A stretch of 13,716 bases of DNA from a virus (taxonomy: Duplodnaviria; Heunggongvirae; Uroviricota; Caudoviricetes): the IMG/VR virus record IMGVR_UViG_2737471853_000004, positions 1-13,716 of that record. One strand, written 5' to 3'. The notes below the pieces were generated by a model, which saw only the letters and a list, made by a program, of their open reading frames with translations, did no database searches and was not told the DNA's origin. Every line of letters begins with the position of its first letter. Positions within the stretch are counted from its first letter, which is position 1. Shown here in pieces: positions 1-8,145 of this stretch. Made by a program: the position numbers and the translations under genes.

Positions 1-69
1 AATAAAACCGGCATAGGCCACGCTATTTCATGGCTCTGGTTTTCTCTATTAAGGAGCTTCTGTAATGGC

Positions 70-588
70 TTATTCGATCAGCAATTCAGGCTGCGTTACC
101 TGCATGATGTGCTCATGCTCCACAGCCAGAACACGTTTCTCTTTCTTCCGCTCGTTCATCAACCGGCTGCCGATCGTGCCCTTCAACTTTGACCGCGTTT
201 CTTTGATGGCGTAGCGGTGCTGCATTTCTTCTCCCATCGCCATGCGTCGGCTTAGCTGCTCGGCCATCCAGTTAAAGGCATTGATGTAGCACTCCTTTAC
301 TGCGGCAGCTGTTTTTCCAGTGAACCCCATCACGAGCATCATGCATCCATCGCGTGTGATGTTATACATGGGCTGAACATCGCCATTTTTATCAATGAAA
401 TCAATGGGCGCAAAATTGCGCAGGGTGAAGTCGTCGGAGCATTTCAGGTTACGTATGGCGCGCAAAACGTCTTTGTGTCGCTTGCCAAAGTAGTCAGCCA
501 CCTTGAGTGATGTCGTGATTATCTTGTTGTCGAGGGTCGTGACCATTTCGCGGAAGTCGAAGGCCGGAATAACTGACGGATTATTCAT
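70..588 (-). CDS. rha: Rha-family phage regulatory protein (antirepressor-like)
   Basis: Translation contains TTSLKVADYFGKRHKDVLRAI and LVMGFTGKTAAAVKECYINAFN, which fit the Phage_pRha family as I recall it. Start trimmed to the Met of MNNPSVIPAF (ATG at 586-588); the longer ORF-track extension runs through the upstream terminator hairpin. Confidence 0.6.
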   Translation of the reverse strand: MNNPSVIPAFDFREMVTTLDNKIITTSLKVADYFGKRHKDVLRAIRNLKCSDDFTLRNFAPIDFIDKNGDVQPMYNITRDGCMMLVMGFTGKTAAAVKECYINAFNWMAEQLSRRMAMGEEMQHRYAIKETRSKLKGTIGSRLMNERKKEKRVLAVEHEHIMQVTQPELLIE

Positions 589-730
589 AGCGTCTTTACC
601 TTTTAGAAAGTGAGCCTGTCTCACAGAAAAGCCGCCCGAGAGAGGTCGCCACCTATAACGGCATTTCTCAGGCTCGCTTACTGAAAGGCTCTCGTTAATA
701 TGCGCGTGAGATGCGCTGTGAAATTCAGAT

Positions 731-755
731 ATAAAAAAGCCCCGCATCGCGAGGC
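731..755 (-). terminator. Candidate intrinsic terminator downstream of Rz
   Basis: On the minus strand, GCCUCGC-GAU-GCGGGGC (7 bp stem with one G-U, 3-nt loop) is followed by UUUUUUAUAU. The loop is tight, so confidence is moderate. Confidence 0.4.
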
Positions 756-787
756 TCATTAAATGGACTTTGTGATTTGCAAAAAAA

Positions 788-1225
788 TTATTTCAGGCAT
801 TGCGTCCTGATGTACTCCTGCAGGTAGTTAACCTGCGCGGTTATCCTGTCGATTCCACTTCGGAGACGGTAATAATTGAGTTCAGCATCTGCTGTAAGTC
901 CTGGGCTTTCTCCATCGCCCATGCCGCTGGCTCCGGTCGTTGACTTTGCACAGGTGGCGGCGACTTGCAGGCGCTTACGACCAGCAGAAACATCAGCACG
1001 GAGACTTTCGATAGTCGCGTTAGCATCAGCAAGCTCCTTTGTGTATCTGGCGTCGAGTTCTGCTACATCACGTTGACGCTTCTGCATGTCAGCGATGATG
1101 GATGTGGCTTTATCACGCTGATCTTTGTAGGCGATGGCGTTATCACGGTAATGATTAACAGCCCATGACAGACAGACGATGATGCAGATAACCAGAGCGG
1201 AGATAATCGCGGTGACTCTGCTCAT
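788..1225 (-). CDS. Rz: Rz-type i-spanin
   Basis: N-terminus [31 protein letters not shown] matches lambda Rz as I recall it; the remainder is diverged. Overlaps the R stop and sits directly after the endolysin, as in lambda. Confidence 0.85.
   Translation of the reverse strand: MSRVTAIISALVICIIVCLSWAVNHYRDNAIAYKDQRDKATSIIADMQKRQRDVAELDARYTKELADANATIESLRADVSAGRKRLQVAATCAKSTTGASGMGDGESPGLTADAELNYYRLRSGIDRITAQVNYLQEYIRTQCLK
841..1032 (-). CDS. Rz1: Rz1-type o-spanin embedded in Rz in an alternative frame
   Basis: ORF lies wholly inside Rz. It has a lipoprotein-like signal with lipobox VSAC followed by a Pro-rich stretch ([13 protein letters not shown]), the typical architecture of embedded Rz1 genes. 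Confidence 0.7.
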   Translation of the reverse strand: MLMLTRLSKVSVLMFLLVVSACKSPPPVQSQRPEPAAWAMEKAQDLQQMLNSIITVSEVESTG

Positions 1226-1698
1226 ACCTCAATCTCTCTGACCGTTCCGCCTGCTTCTTTGAATTTTGCAATCAGGCTGTCAGCCTTATGCTCGAACTGA
1301 CCATAACCAGCACCCGGCAGTGAAGCCCAGATATTGCTGCAACGGTCGATTGCCTGACGGATATCACCACGATCAATCATCGGCAAAGCGCCACGCTCCT
1401 TAATCTGCTGCAATGCCACAGCATCCTGGCTTTTCGGAGAGAAGTCTTTCAGGCCAAGCTGCTTACGGTAGGCATCCCACCAACGGGAAAGAAGCTGGTA
1501 GCGTCCGGCGGCTGTTGATTTGAGTTTGGGGTTTAGCGTGACAAGTTTGCGAGGGTGATCGGAGTAATCAGTGAATAGCTCTCCTCCTACAATGACGTCA
1601 TAACCATGATTTCTGGTTTTCTGACGTCCGTTATCAGTTCCCTCTGACCACGCCAGCATATCGAGGAACGCCTTACGTTGATTATTGATTTCCACCAT
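1222..1698 (-). CDS. R: Endolysin R (lambda-type lytic transglycosylase)
   Basis: The 158-aa translation [39 protein letters not shown]... is recognisable as lambda R essentially along its whole length. Confidence 0.9.
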   Translation of the reverse strand: MVEINNQRKAFLDMLAWSEGTDNGRQKTRNHGYDVIVGGELFTDYSDHPRKLVTLNPKLKSTAAGRYQLLSRWWDAYRKQLGLKDFSPKSQDAVALQQIKERGALPMIDRGDIRQAIDRCSNIWASLPGAGYGQFEHKADSLIAKFKEAGGTVREIEV

Positions 1699-2005
1699 CT
1701 TCTACTCCGGCTTTTTTAGCAGCGAAGCGTTTGATAAGCGAACCAATCGAGTCAGTACCGATGTAGCCGATGAACACGCTCGTTATATAAGCGAGATTGC
1801 TACTTAGTCCGGCGAAGTCGAGAAGGTCACGAATGAACCAGGCGATAATGGCGCACATCGTTGCGTCGATTACTGTTTTTGTAAACGCACCGCCATTATA
1901 TCTGCCGCGAAGGTACGCCATTGCAAACGCAAGGATTGCCCCGATGCCTTGTTCCTTTGCCGCGAGAATGGCGGCTAACAGGTCATGTTTTTCTGGCATC
2001 TTCAT
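1682..2005 (-). CDS. S: Holin S (S107/S105 dual-start)
   Basis: 107 aa beginning [20 protein letters not shown] with the dual-start Met-Lys-Met motif. The upstream CCCCTTATTGGGG hairpin (sdi-like) and RBS match the lambda S leader. Confidence 0.9.
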   Translation of the reverse strand: MKMPEKHDLLAAILAAKEQGIGAILAFAMAYLRGRYNGGAFTKTVIDATMCAIIAWFIRDLLDFAGLSSNLAYITSVFIGYIGTDSIGSLIKRFAAKKAGVEDGGNQ

Positions 2006-2247
2006 GTCTTAGCCCCAATAAGGGGATTTGCTCTATTTAATTAGGAATAAGGTCGATTACTGATAGAACAAATCCAGGCTACTGTGTTTAGTAATCAGAT
2101 TTGTTCGTGACCGATATGCACGGGCAAAACGGCAGGAGGTTGTTAGCGCGACCTCTTGCCACCCGCTTTCACGAAGGTCATGTGTAGAAGTCCGCAGCGT
2201 AACTATCACTGATGAATTCAGGATAGCCAGTGGCTACGGCTCAGTTA

Positions 2248-2323
2248 TGGTGCTGTTTAACGGACTTGAACCGCTACCCATTCGCTTACAAGGCGACCGC
2301 TCTACCATTGGAGCTAAAACAGC
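2248..2323 (-). tRNA. tRNA-like gene, anticodon UGU by hand folding (Thr)
   Basis: The minus strand reads GCTGTTT-TA-GCTC-CAATGGTA-GAGC-G-GTCGC-CTTGTAA-GCGAA-TGGGT-AGCGG-TTCAAGT-CCGTT-AAACAGC-A-CCA. It has a 7-bp acceptor stem, a canonical D arm, a GGTTCAAGTCC T arm and an encoded CCA. The anticodon stem has one mismatch, so the isotype call is tentative. Confidence 0.55.
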
Positions 2324-2328
2324 ATGTT

Positions 2329-2403
2329 TGGCGGGACAGCGTGGACTCGAACCACGATAAGAAGGTTAACAGCCTTCCGTAATCACCTTTATACGACTGA
2401 CCC
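2329..2403 (-). tRNA. tRNA-like gene, anticodon GUU by hand folding (Asn); possibly degenerate
   Basis: The minus strand reads GGGTCAG-TC-GTAT...TTAC-G-GAAGG-CTGTTAA-CCTTC-TTAT-CGTGG-TTCGAGT-CCACG-CTGTCCC-G-CCA. T arm and anticodon arm are perfect and CCA is encoded. The acceptor stem has one T-T mismatch and the D stem is only 3 bp. Confidence 0.5.
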
Positions 2404-2466
2404 AAATAAAAAAAGCCACCGTTGCAACTTAAGAGTCACTAACGGCAGCTTACCTTCTAATTATGG

Positions 2467-2985
2467 CTAAATGGATAATTGCATGTCAAGGCTTTTAACA
2501 GCAACATGCTTAACTTTCTCAACACGTTTACGCATTTTGAAAGCATTTTGCATTGGCTGGTACAAAACAAATAACGATGCTTTCAGGATGTCGTCAATTT
2601 CGTTTCTACAGGTTGCCAGTGAAGGTTTTCTCCATCCCTCGCCACCACGTCCACACATCTTGCGTGGCTTTGCAGTCGCGTGATAGTAGGATGCAATTGC
2701 TCGCTTAGATGAACCATGAGCGTAGTAGCTGAGGAGGATGCCAAAGGCTTTTTTGTCAATGTACATGACGGAATCGACGACCTGAGAAATCAACATTCCA
2801 TCATCATCATTGCACATTGGCCTTGTCATAACTCTTCCCGGCTCTACGCTCTCCATGAACTTCGCTATTACGCTGCTCATGCGCTTTTCCAGACGACCTG
2901 AATAAACCCATGCGCCCCACAGTTCAAGCCAGCCATTCAGCCACTCGTGCTGCTCTTTGGTGAGGTTTAGTTCTCTTATGCCCAC
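2467..2985 (-). CDS. Late-gene antiterminator Q, non-lambda Q family
   Basis: 172 aa at the Q position between the nin region and the lysis cassette. Contains LELWGAWV and [13 protein letters not shown], which resemble the WGAW and Cys/Asp-rich motifs I recall from 933W-type Q proteins. It is not lambda Q. Confidence 0.65.
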   Translation of the reverse strand: MGIRELNLTKEQHEWLNGWLELWGAWVYSGRLEKRMSSVIAKFMESVEPGRVMTRPMCNDDDGMLISQVVDSVMYIDKKAFGILLSYYAHGSSKRAIASYYHATAKPRKMCGRGGEGWRKPSLATCRNEIDDILKASLFVLYQPMQNAFKMRKRVEKVKHVAVKSLDMQLSI

Positions 2986-3647
2986 GCGCCTTCTCCCTGT
3001 ACCTGAATCAATGTGAGGTTTCCGCAGAACACTGCGCCGGTATCGATATACATCTGGTTGGCAAACTTGAGTGGTTTCACTGCTGGCGTATGACCAAAGA
3101 TGAACGTGTCAGCTCCTTTGATTTCTTTCACGATCCCGTCTTGTGAGTTGCTGATTCGTTCGCGGTTCCAGATTACCTGCTGATGATCAACTGGCTTTCC
3201 AAATTCGTATTCGTCACAAGGATAATCGGCGTGGCAGATGACATATTTTTTACCTTCGCTCACCAGTTCGATGATTAACGGAAGTTCATCTGCTTTATGG
3301 GCAAGAGCTTTAGCCAGAATTTCTTTGTCGTAATCGAGATTAAAGAACCAGCCACCGCCATTAAACAGCCAGTGATTGACGTTTCCACGCTCTGATAAGC
3401 CATCAATCATCATTTGCTCATGGTTTCCACGTACAGCTCGGAACCAGGGGAATGTGATTAATTCCAGACATTCGACGTTCTCTGTACCGCGATCGACCAA
3501 ATCGCCAACCGAGATAAGCAGGTCTTTTTTGGTGTCGAATCCCATCGTCTCCAGTTTTTTCATCAGGTTCGTGTAGCATCCGTGCAGATCGCCAACTACC
3601 CAAATATTTCGGTATTTGCTGCCATCAATTTTTTCGTAATAGCGCAT
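2976..3647 (-). CDS. ninI: Ser/Thr protein phosphatase (lambda PP, NinI)
   Basis: [29 protein letters not shown]...GNHE carries the metallophosphatase GDxHG/GDxxDRG/GNHE motifs and is near-identical to lambda PP as I recall it. Start trimmed to MRYYEK (ATG 3645-3647). Confidence 0.9.
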   Translation of the reverse strand: MRYYEKIDGSKYRNIWVVGDLHGCYTNLMKKLETMGFDTKKDLLISVGDLVDRGTENVECLELITFPWFRAVRGNHEQMMIDGLSERGNVNHWLFNGGGWFFNLDYDKEILAKALAHKADELPLIIELVSEGKKYVICHADYPCDEYEFGKPVDHQQVIWNRERISNSQDGIVKEIKGADTFIFGHTPAVKPLKFANQMYIDTGAVFCGNLTLIQVQGEGAWA

Positions 3648-3831
3648 CTCTTTCACTCCATCCGCGATGAACCATGAGAACGTCGTTGACGATGGCGTGC
3701 ATTTTCCCGTCTTTATCATCAACGTATTTTCTGACCGTACCGCGACTACATTTCAGTCTGCGTGCTACTTCTGTCTGGTTTCCGTATGCTTCAACGAGCA
3801 TGTCTGGAATGGTTTTTACTGAGAACGTCAT
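3625..3831 (-). CDS. ninH: NinH (small HTH protein)
   Basis: 68 aa [37 protein letters not shown]... matches lambda NinH. Its ATG overlaps the ninG stop as ATGA. Confidence 0.85.
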   Translation of the reverse strand: MTFSVKTIPDMLVEAYGNQTEVARRLKCSRGTVRKYVDDKDGKMHAIVNDVLMVHRGWSERDALLRKN

Positions 3832-4439
3832 GCGGCCTCACTTCTGCTATTTCGCAGGTCTTTGAGTTTCTGTTGGTACTCTGCCTTGATCGCCTTGCAC
3901 TCTTCGATAGTCCAGCGATGGCGGCTATGGTTTGATTCGATTTCGTCTACTGCTTCCTGCCCTATGCGATTAATCAGTTCGACGCGATACGGAACGAGAT
4001 TTCCGCTTTTATGCTGGTTGCACACCACGCATTGCTTGTGAATATTGCGTTCATCAAATCGGAGTTGAGGTGCCGCAGCAGTTGTCCGGTAATGTCCGGC
4101 ATCCCACTGAGCAGACGTGAGCGTTCCGCACGAGATACATGGTAAGTCGCGGTCTCTTTCTCTGATGAAGGCGTTTACGGCTTGCTGGGCTTGTTTAATC
4201 CAGTAACTGCGGGGCTTTAAGGCGAGTTTTCGAATCTTCAGTTTATCTTTCTGTTTCTGCTCCTCTCGTCGTCGTTTCTTCTCTGCTGCTTTTTCCGCTT
4301 TTTCGCGTTCTTTGCTTCGTCGTTCGAGTGCTATCTTTGTTCCACACTCTGGAGAGCACCACCACTGATTAGCGAATGCAGGGTGAAACCATTCCCGACA
4401 TTCATCGTTTTTACATCGTCTTCGCGCTGGTTTAGCCAT
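3828..4439 (-). CDS. ninG: NinG / Rap recombination endonuclease
   Basis: 203 aa [33 protein letters not shown]... with Cys-rich clusters, matching lambda NinG (Rap). Confidence 0.9.
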   Translation of the reverse strand: MAKPARRRCKNDECREWFHPAFANQWWCSPECGTKIALERRSKEREKAEKAAEKKRRREEQKQKDKLKIRKLALKPRSYWIKQAQQAVNAFIRERDRDLPCISCGTLTSAQWDAGHYRTTAAAPQLRFDERNIHKQCVVCNQHKSGNLVPYRVELINRIGQEAVDEIESNHSRHRWTIEECKAIKAEYQQKLKDLRNSRSEAA

Positions 4440-4608
4440 CGTCTTCTTCCTCGTACATTGAGCTATTCGGATCGCTCATCAGTTCTGCGAAGCAGTGCTC
4501 ACACACGTGAACTTCCAGCACATGCAGCTTCTGACCGCAGTTAGCGCACGTTAAAGCCCGCTCGACGCTTTCTTTCTGGTATTGGAGGGATTGGGATGGG
4601 CTAAGCAT
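4432..4608 (-). CDS. ninF: NinF
   Basis: Not in the ORF track (58 aa). Hand translation of the minus strand gives [58 protein letters not shown], matching lambda NinF. Its stop overlaps the ninG ATG (ATGGCTAA). Confidence 0.8.
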   Translation of the reverse strand: MLSPSQSLQYQKESVERALTCANCGQKLHVLEVHVCEHCFAELMSDPNSSMYEEEDDG

Positions 4609-4960
4609 TATTGGCGTCCTGCATCATGAGAAAGACAATCATGGCGGCGCGGAGGGAATTTTCATGTATAGCTCGCTTAGATTTACAGTCGGCCACACCA
4701 CGTGCACCCCACTCGTCTTCATCGAGATTGATAATGCTAATCCTGTACTTCTCAATAATCGGCCATGAGGCGCTAGGATCATTGCAGTAGTCAGGTAAAG
4801 GGTTTAATGGCTCAAAAGTTGTATCAGCATTTCCGTAATACCATTTGTTGGTGTTATTCCCTGATGTTTCCGGTTTACATGCCCAAAGGCCTTTAAAAAT
4901 TATGTCTCCTACCATTCTGTTAATTTCAAAATCACTTAACTGTGAATAATCCATTGTCAT
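4601..4960 (-). CDS. Hypothetical protein between ninE and ninF (NinX-like position)
   Basis: ORF occupies the slot where P22-like nin regions carry ninX; lambda has no gene here. Start is ambiguous: the ATG at 4958-4960 overlaps the ninE stop as ATGA, while the ATG at 4952-4954 has GAGGAA about 7 nt upstream. No catalytic motif recognised. Confidence 0.5.
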   Translation of the reverse strand: MTMDYSQLSDFEINRMVGDIIFKGLWACKPETSGNNTNKWYYGNADTTFEPLNPLPDYCNDPSASWPIIEKYRISIINLDEDEWGARGVADCKSKRAIHENSLRAAMIVFLMMQDANNA

Positions 4961-5133
4961 TTCCTCGCACGATGTCTTAGCCACCGGATATCCCACAGGT
5001 GAGCCGTGTAGTTGAAGGTTTTTACGTCAGATTCTTTTGGGATTGGCTTGCGTTTATTTCTGGAGCGTTTCGTTGGAAGGTATTTGCAGTTTTCGCAGAT
5101 GATGTCGGTGATACTTCGTCGCTGTCGTCTCAT
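4957..5133 (-). CDS. ninE: NinE
   Basis: [52 protein letters not shown]... matches lambda NinE. Start trimmed to MRRQRR (ATG 5131-5133), overlapping the methylase stop. Confidence 0.8.
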   Translation of the reverse strand: MRRQRRSITDIICENCKYLPTKRSRNKRKPIPKESDVKTFNYTAHLWDIRWLRHRARK

Positions 5134-5657
5134 GCCGTCCTCCTGACGCCCTGCCCGATCGCCATCAATGCCGCTTTGGATACGGTAGTAAACATCCGTC
5201 GAGGACTGATGAACGGTCGCCAAATCAGCAGCATTGAGCCTTTGCTGTTTCCCTTCTTCTCCAGCCCCGTCGATGGTTCGATAAAATTAATCCGTCCATC
5301 AGTGATGATGCGAACTTCGTCAACGCTCTCCAGAGCCTTGCTGAACCATCCGACTGACATATCCTCTGGCACAAGCATCACTACCGTCTGTCGCTGTTGT
5401 ATGCACTGCTCAGCGGCTTTTTCTACCCACGGCCTGATATTGCTGTACGGTGGGTTATTCCAGATTGCACCGTGGCTTACCCACTCAGAATTGAGCGCGT
5501 CGTCGGCCTCAGTTAACCAGTGAGCGCACAGAGCATTTTTGTCGCTCGCTGCCGAATCCAGCCAGAATCCAAACTCAATATCCAGTGCATCAAAAAGCCA
5601 AAGCGGCGTTTGCCAGCAGTCCTTGTCGTGTGCTGGCGTATTTGATTTGATAGTCAT
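5130..5657 (-). CDS. Phage DNA N6-adenine methyltransferase (Dam-like, orphan)
   Basis: Contains the NPPY catalytic motif (IWNNPPYS) and a [12 protein letters not shown]-terminal region typical of the phage N6-adenine methylase family. Start trimmed to MTIKSN (ATG 5655-5657), overlapping the ninB stop. It sits where lambda has ninC/ninD. Confidence 0.8.
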   Translation of the reverse strand: MTIKSNTPAHDKDCWQTPLWLFDALDIEFGFWLDSAASDKNALCAHWLTEADDALNSEWVSHGAIWNNPPYSNIRPWVEKAAEQCIQQRQTVVMLVPEDMSVGWFSKALESVDEVRIITDGRINFIEPSTGLEKKGNSKGSMLLIWRPFISPRRMFTTVSKAALMAIGQGVRRTA

Positions 5658-6094
5658 GCAGCCCGATCTCCCCATCGCGCTTTCCATTCGAGAGCCAGTC
5701 GCGCTTCGTCTGACCACTTAACGCCACGCTCTGTACCGAATGCCTGTATAAGCTCTAATAGCTCCGCAAATTCGCTTACACGCATCCTGCTGGTTGACTG
5801 GCCTATTACCACAAAGCCATTCCCGGCAAGGTTAGGAACAACGTCCTGCTGCTTTAATGCAGCTGTAAAAACGCACTTCCAGCTTTCTGCATCCAGCCAG
5901 CGACCATGCCATTCAACCTGACGAGAGACGTCACCAAGGCAAGCCCAAAGCTTTCGATTCTGGTCTAAGCTGCGGTTGCGTTCCTGAATGGTTACTACGA
6001 TTGGTTTGGTTGGGTCTGGAAGGATTTGCTGTACTGCGTGAATAGCATTTTGCTGAAGTTCTGGAGATCGAATTTCAAAGGTCAGTTTTTTCAT
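5654..6094 (-). CDS. ninB: NinB (Orf recombination mediator)
   Basis: MKKLTFEIRSPELQQNAIHAVQQILPDPTKPIVVTIQERNRSLDQNRKLWACLGDVSRQ... is near-identical to lambda NinB. Start trimmed to MKKLTF (ATG 6092-6094) with GAGGGAAG upstream; the ORF-track extension begins at a TTG. Confidence 0.9.
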   Translation of the reverse strand: MKKLTFEIRSPELQQNAIHAVQQILPDPTKPIVVTIQERNRSLDQNRKLWACLGDVSRQVEWHGRWLDAESWKCVFTAALKQQDVVPNLAGNGFVVIGQSTSRMRVSEFAELLELIQAFGTERGVKWSDEARLALEWKARWGDRAA

Positions 6095-6110
6095 GACTTC
6101 CCTCTCCCCC

Positions 6111-6142
6111 AAATAAAAAGGCCTGCGATTACCAGCAGGCCT
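6111..6142 (-). terminator. Intrinsic terminator between ren and ninB (tR2-like)
   Basis: On the minus strand, AGGCCUGC-ugguaauc-GCAGGCCU (perfect 8-bp GC-rich stem, 8-nt loop) is followed by UUUUAUUU. The position matches lambda tR2. Confidence 0.6.
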
Positions 6143-6167
6143 GTTATTAGCTCAGTGATGTAGATAG

Positions 6168-6458
6168 TCATTGCCTTACCTCCATAAGCGCCCTATTAAT
6201 AAACGCCGTCATTGGATTTGCACATCCCCACCCCGTACCATCTTGATTTCTTTTAATTGGCTCCTTCTTCACTTTGCGTTTTGCATAAATAACCGTCTTC
6301 CACTTACGCTCAACAACACTCAAATGTCCTTGTTTCACCATATGCCTTGCTGCTTGAGCGATTCTGTTATTTGGTATTCCGGTGATCAGTGCTAATTCAT
6401 GTGGGGAGAATTGTTCATGAGTTTTCAGATATTCCAGGATGATTTCTTTTCCAGTCAC
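6168..6458 (-). CDS. ren: Ren-like protein
   Basis: 96 aa starting MTGKEIILEYLKTHEQFSPHELALITG, similar in its N-terminus, length and position to lambda Ren. The start codon appears to be GTG (6456-6458) with AGGAG 6 nt upstream, overlapping the DnaC-like stop. Confidence 0.65.
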   Translation of the reverse strand: MTGKEIILEYLKTHEQFSPHELALITGIPNNRIAQAARHMVKQGHLSVVERKWKTVIYAKRKVKKEPIKRNQDGTGWGCANPMTAFINRALMEVRQ

Positions 6459-7300
6459 GATCTGCTCCTGTAACTATCCCATGTAAACGCAAGAGTGCAC
6501 CCGCCGCCATCATTCATCCTGTCAATAACACGCTCACCAATGAATGCAGACAGTTCATCTTTGCTCTGGTTGCTAATCAGGATTGTTGGCTTCATGCGCT
6601 CGTAGCGGGTGTTGATGATTTCGAACATGATCATCTTTTCCGCCTCGCTTCCAAACTGCACACCAACCTCATCGATAATTAGCAGGTCAGGTTTAGTGAA
6701 CTGTCGGATCACTTCATCCTCTGTGCGGGTGGAGTTTTTCGACCATGTTGATTTATATTCTCTGGCAATTTTCAGCGCCGTTGTGAAAATAGCTGAGCTT
6801 TGATGTTCCGTAATTGCGTGCCGGGCGATAGCCAGTGCAAGATGATTCTTTCCAGTACCAGGCTTTCCACACATAACCAGCCCACCGCCTTTCTGTAACC
6901 TCTCAGGCCATTTGCTGGCGTATGCCTGACACACCCTGAGCACTCTCTTTGCATCGTCGTTGACTGGCTCGTAGTTCTGTAGTGTGCAACCCTTGAATCG
7001 TTCAGGAATATCAAGATTATTCAACAGAAACTCGACATTGCGCTTACGTGATTCCTCGTCGATTTTAATCTTCTCTGCCTGTAGCCGAATAAGCTCATCT
7101 CTCATGCATTCCGGGCATTCGCTAGGTCTTGAGGCAAACTTAATTGGCCCAGTCGAGTAACGGTTACGCTGCTCAAACTCACCATGTTTTTCACAGATGC
7201 CAGTGCCAATTTCTACAGATGTATGCTCGATAGCAATTGGCGGAGAACTCAATTCTGCAAGTTTTTTCTCCAGTTGGGAGATCTTTTCATCCAGCGTCAT
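6455..7300 (-). CDS. DnaC-like replicative helicase loader (AAA+ ATPase)
   Basis: Walker A GKPGTGKNHLA, Walker B LLIIDEVG, and an N-terminal Cys-rich region. Start trimmed to MTLDEK (ATG 7298-7300) with AGGAG 5 nt upstream. It occupies the lambda P position. Confidence 0.85.
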   Translation of the reverse strand: MTLDEKISQLEKKLAELSSPPIAIEHTSVEIGTGICEKHGEFEQRNRYSTGPIKFASRPSECPECMRDELIRLQAEKIKIDEESRKRNVEFLLNNLDIPERFKGCTLQNYEPVNDDAKRVLRVCQAYASKWPERLQKGGGLVMCGKPGTGKNHLALAIARHAITEHQSSAIFTTALKIAREYKSTWSKNSTRTEDEVIRQFTKPDLLIIDEVGVQFGSEAEKMIMFEIINTRYERMKPTILISNQSKDELSAFIGERVIDRMNDGGGCTLAFTWDSYRSRS

Positions 7301-7302
7301 GT

Positions 7303-8145
7303 TCACTCCTGCGCCCATGAAGGCATTTCAGTTTGTCCGTAATCTTTGGTGGCAAAGTTTTCCTGCATAGCTCGATGCTGCGGCCTCGGTTGAGATTTCC
7401 CCTTTGGAGTCTTGGGCTCAAAAATCCCCTGCCAACCACTGGCGATGCTCTGGTTTATAATTTCTTCAGGTGTATATCCCTTCTCCAGACTTCTGCTTAG
7501 AACGTTGATAGCCTGAGTGACGCTTTGCTTAGACTTGATCGACTTACCTATCTCCTTACGATAGGTAACCCACGACAACCATGTTTCTGCTGATAACCAA
7601 TCAGGCAACTCTGTTTCTAGCGGGTCGAACTTCTGAGAAACTTTTTTGGGGGATATAGGGGGTTTATTAATATTTTCTTTTGTCTTTAAAGAATGTCTTT
7701 TGTGTGTCTCTAACTTCGAGACATTGAGTGTCTCTAATTTGGAGACATTTTTTGTCTCTAACTTCGAGACAAAGTTGCTAACTTGGAGACACTTGCTGAA
7801 TTGCCACGCAGATACCTCCCTGTTTACACCGATTTGATTTCCATCCATAAACAGGCAATTCATTGAAATCAGTTCTTTTTTAGCCTTGTTAACATTCTGC
7901 CTTGATAGTCCTGTTAACTGAGCAATTTGCTCATCGGCTATTCGATCTGTTTTCTTATTGAATCCATATGTTTTCCGGACGTAGGCCAGCATAACTTTCA
8001 ACTGGCGAGCGGTTAAATCGGCACTTGCGATAGCTTCCAGCAGCTCGTTAGCGAATCTGGTGTAACCATCATCGATATCAGCCACTCTTCGCTCCTGTTC
8101 AACAGGTTCACTCTTCGGCAGGTAAAATACTTCAGCCAGGCTCAT
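7303..8145 (-). CDS. O: Replication initiator O-like protein (origin-binding N-domain, non-lambda C-domain)
   Basis: The N-terminal region DDGYTRFANELLEAIASADLTARQLKVMLAYVRKTYGFNKKTDRI parallels the lambda O N-domain. The central VSKLET repeats are encoded by the iterons. Start chosen at MSLAEV (ATG 8143-8145) with GGAGG 6 nt upstream. Confidence 0.8.
   Translation of the reverse strand: MSLAEVFYLPKSEPVEQERRVADIDDGYTRFANELLEAIASADLTARQLKVMLAYVRKTYGFNKKTDRIADEQIAQLTGLSRQNVNKAKKELISMNCLFMDGNQIGVNREVSAWQFSKCLQVSNFVSKLETKNVSKLETLNVSKLETHKRHSLKTKENINKPPISPKKVSQKFDPLETELPDWLSAETWLSWVTYRKEIGKSIKSKQSVTQAINVLSRSLEKGYTPEEIINQSIASGWQGIFEPKTPKGKSQPRPQHRAMQENFATKDYGQTEMPSWAQE
7705..7791. repeat. Replication-origin iterons, four about 19-bp inverted-symmetry repeats at 24-bp spacing
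   Basis: TGTCTCTAACTTCGAGACA at 7705-7723, TGTCTCTAATTTGGAGACA at 7729-7747, TGTCTCTAACTTCGAGACA at 7753-7771, and TTGCTAACTTGGAGACA at 7775-7791. An AT-rich tract at 7640-7700 flanks them on the side downstream in the O reading direction, the same arrangement as lambda ori inside O. Confidence 0.75.

Noticed and set aside
70-759. Full-length 229-aa version of the Rha ORF
   Set aside because: The N-terminal 57 codons run through the terminator-like hairpin at 731-755 and have no homology. The internal ATG at 588 is the more plausible start.
876-1168. Plus-strand ORFs 876-1076 and 965-1168
   Set aside because: Antisense to Rz/Rz1. Translations are Ala/Ser/Leu-rich, typical of reverse-strand reading of a coding region.
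2131-2160. 10-bp hairpin (GGCAGGAGGT...ACCTCTTGCC, one mismatch) followed by GUUUUG in the late leader
   Set aside because: It belongs to the lambda-like late leader sequence. The U-tract is short and interrupted, so it is not called as a terminator; it may be RNA secondary structure.
2471-2901. Plus-strand ORFs 2471-2683 and 2716-2901
   Set aside because: Antisense to the Q gene, with no start context.
4999-5523. 174-aa plus-strand ORF
   Set aside because: Lies entirely antisense to the well-supported methyltransferase and ninE genes. It has no RBS and a low-complexity Ser/Leu-rich translation, so it is most likely a shadow ORF.
7690-7800. Possible CRISPR array or tandem repeat
   Set aside because: The repeats are about 19 bp with internal dyad symmetry at 24-bp spacing, inside the O gene and next to an AT-rich tract. 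That is the signature of an origin iteron array, not of CRISPR repeats and spacers.
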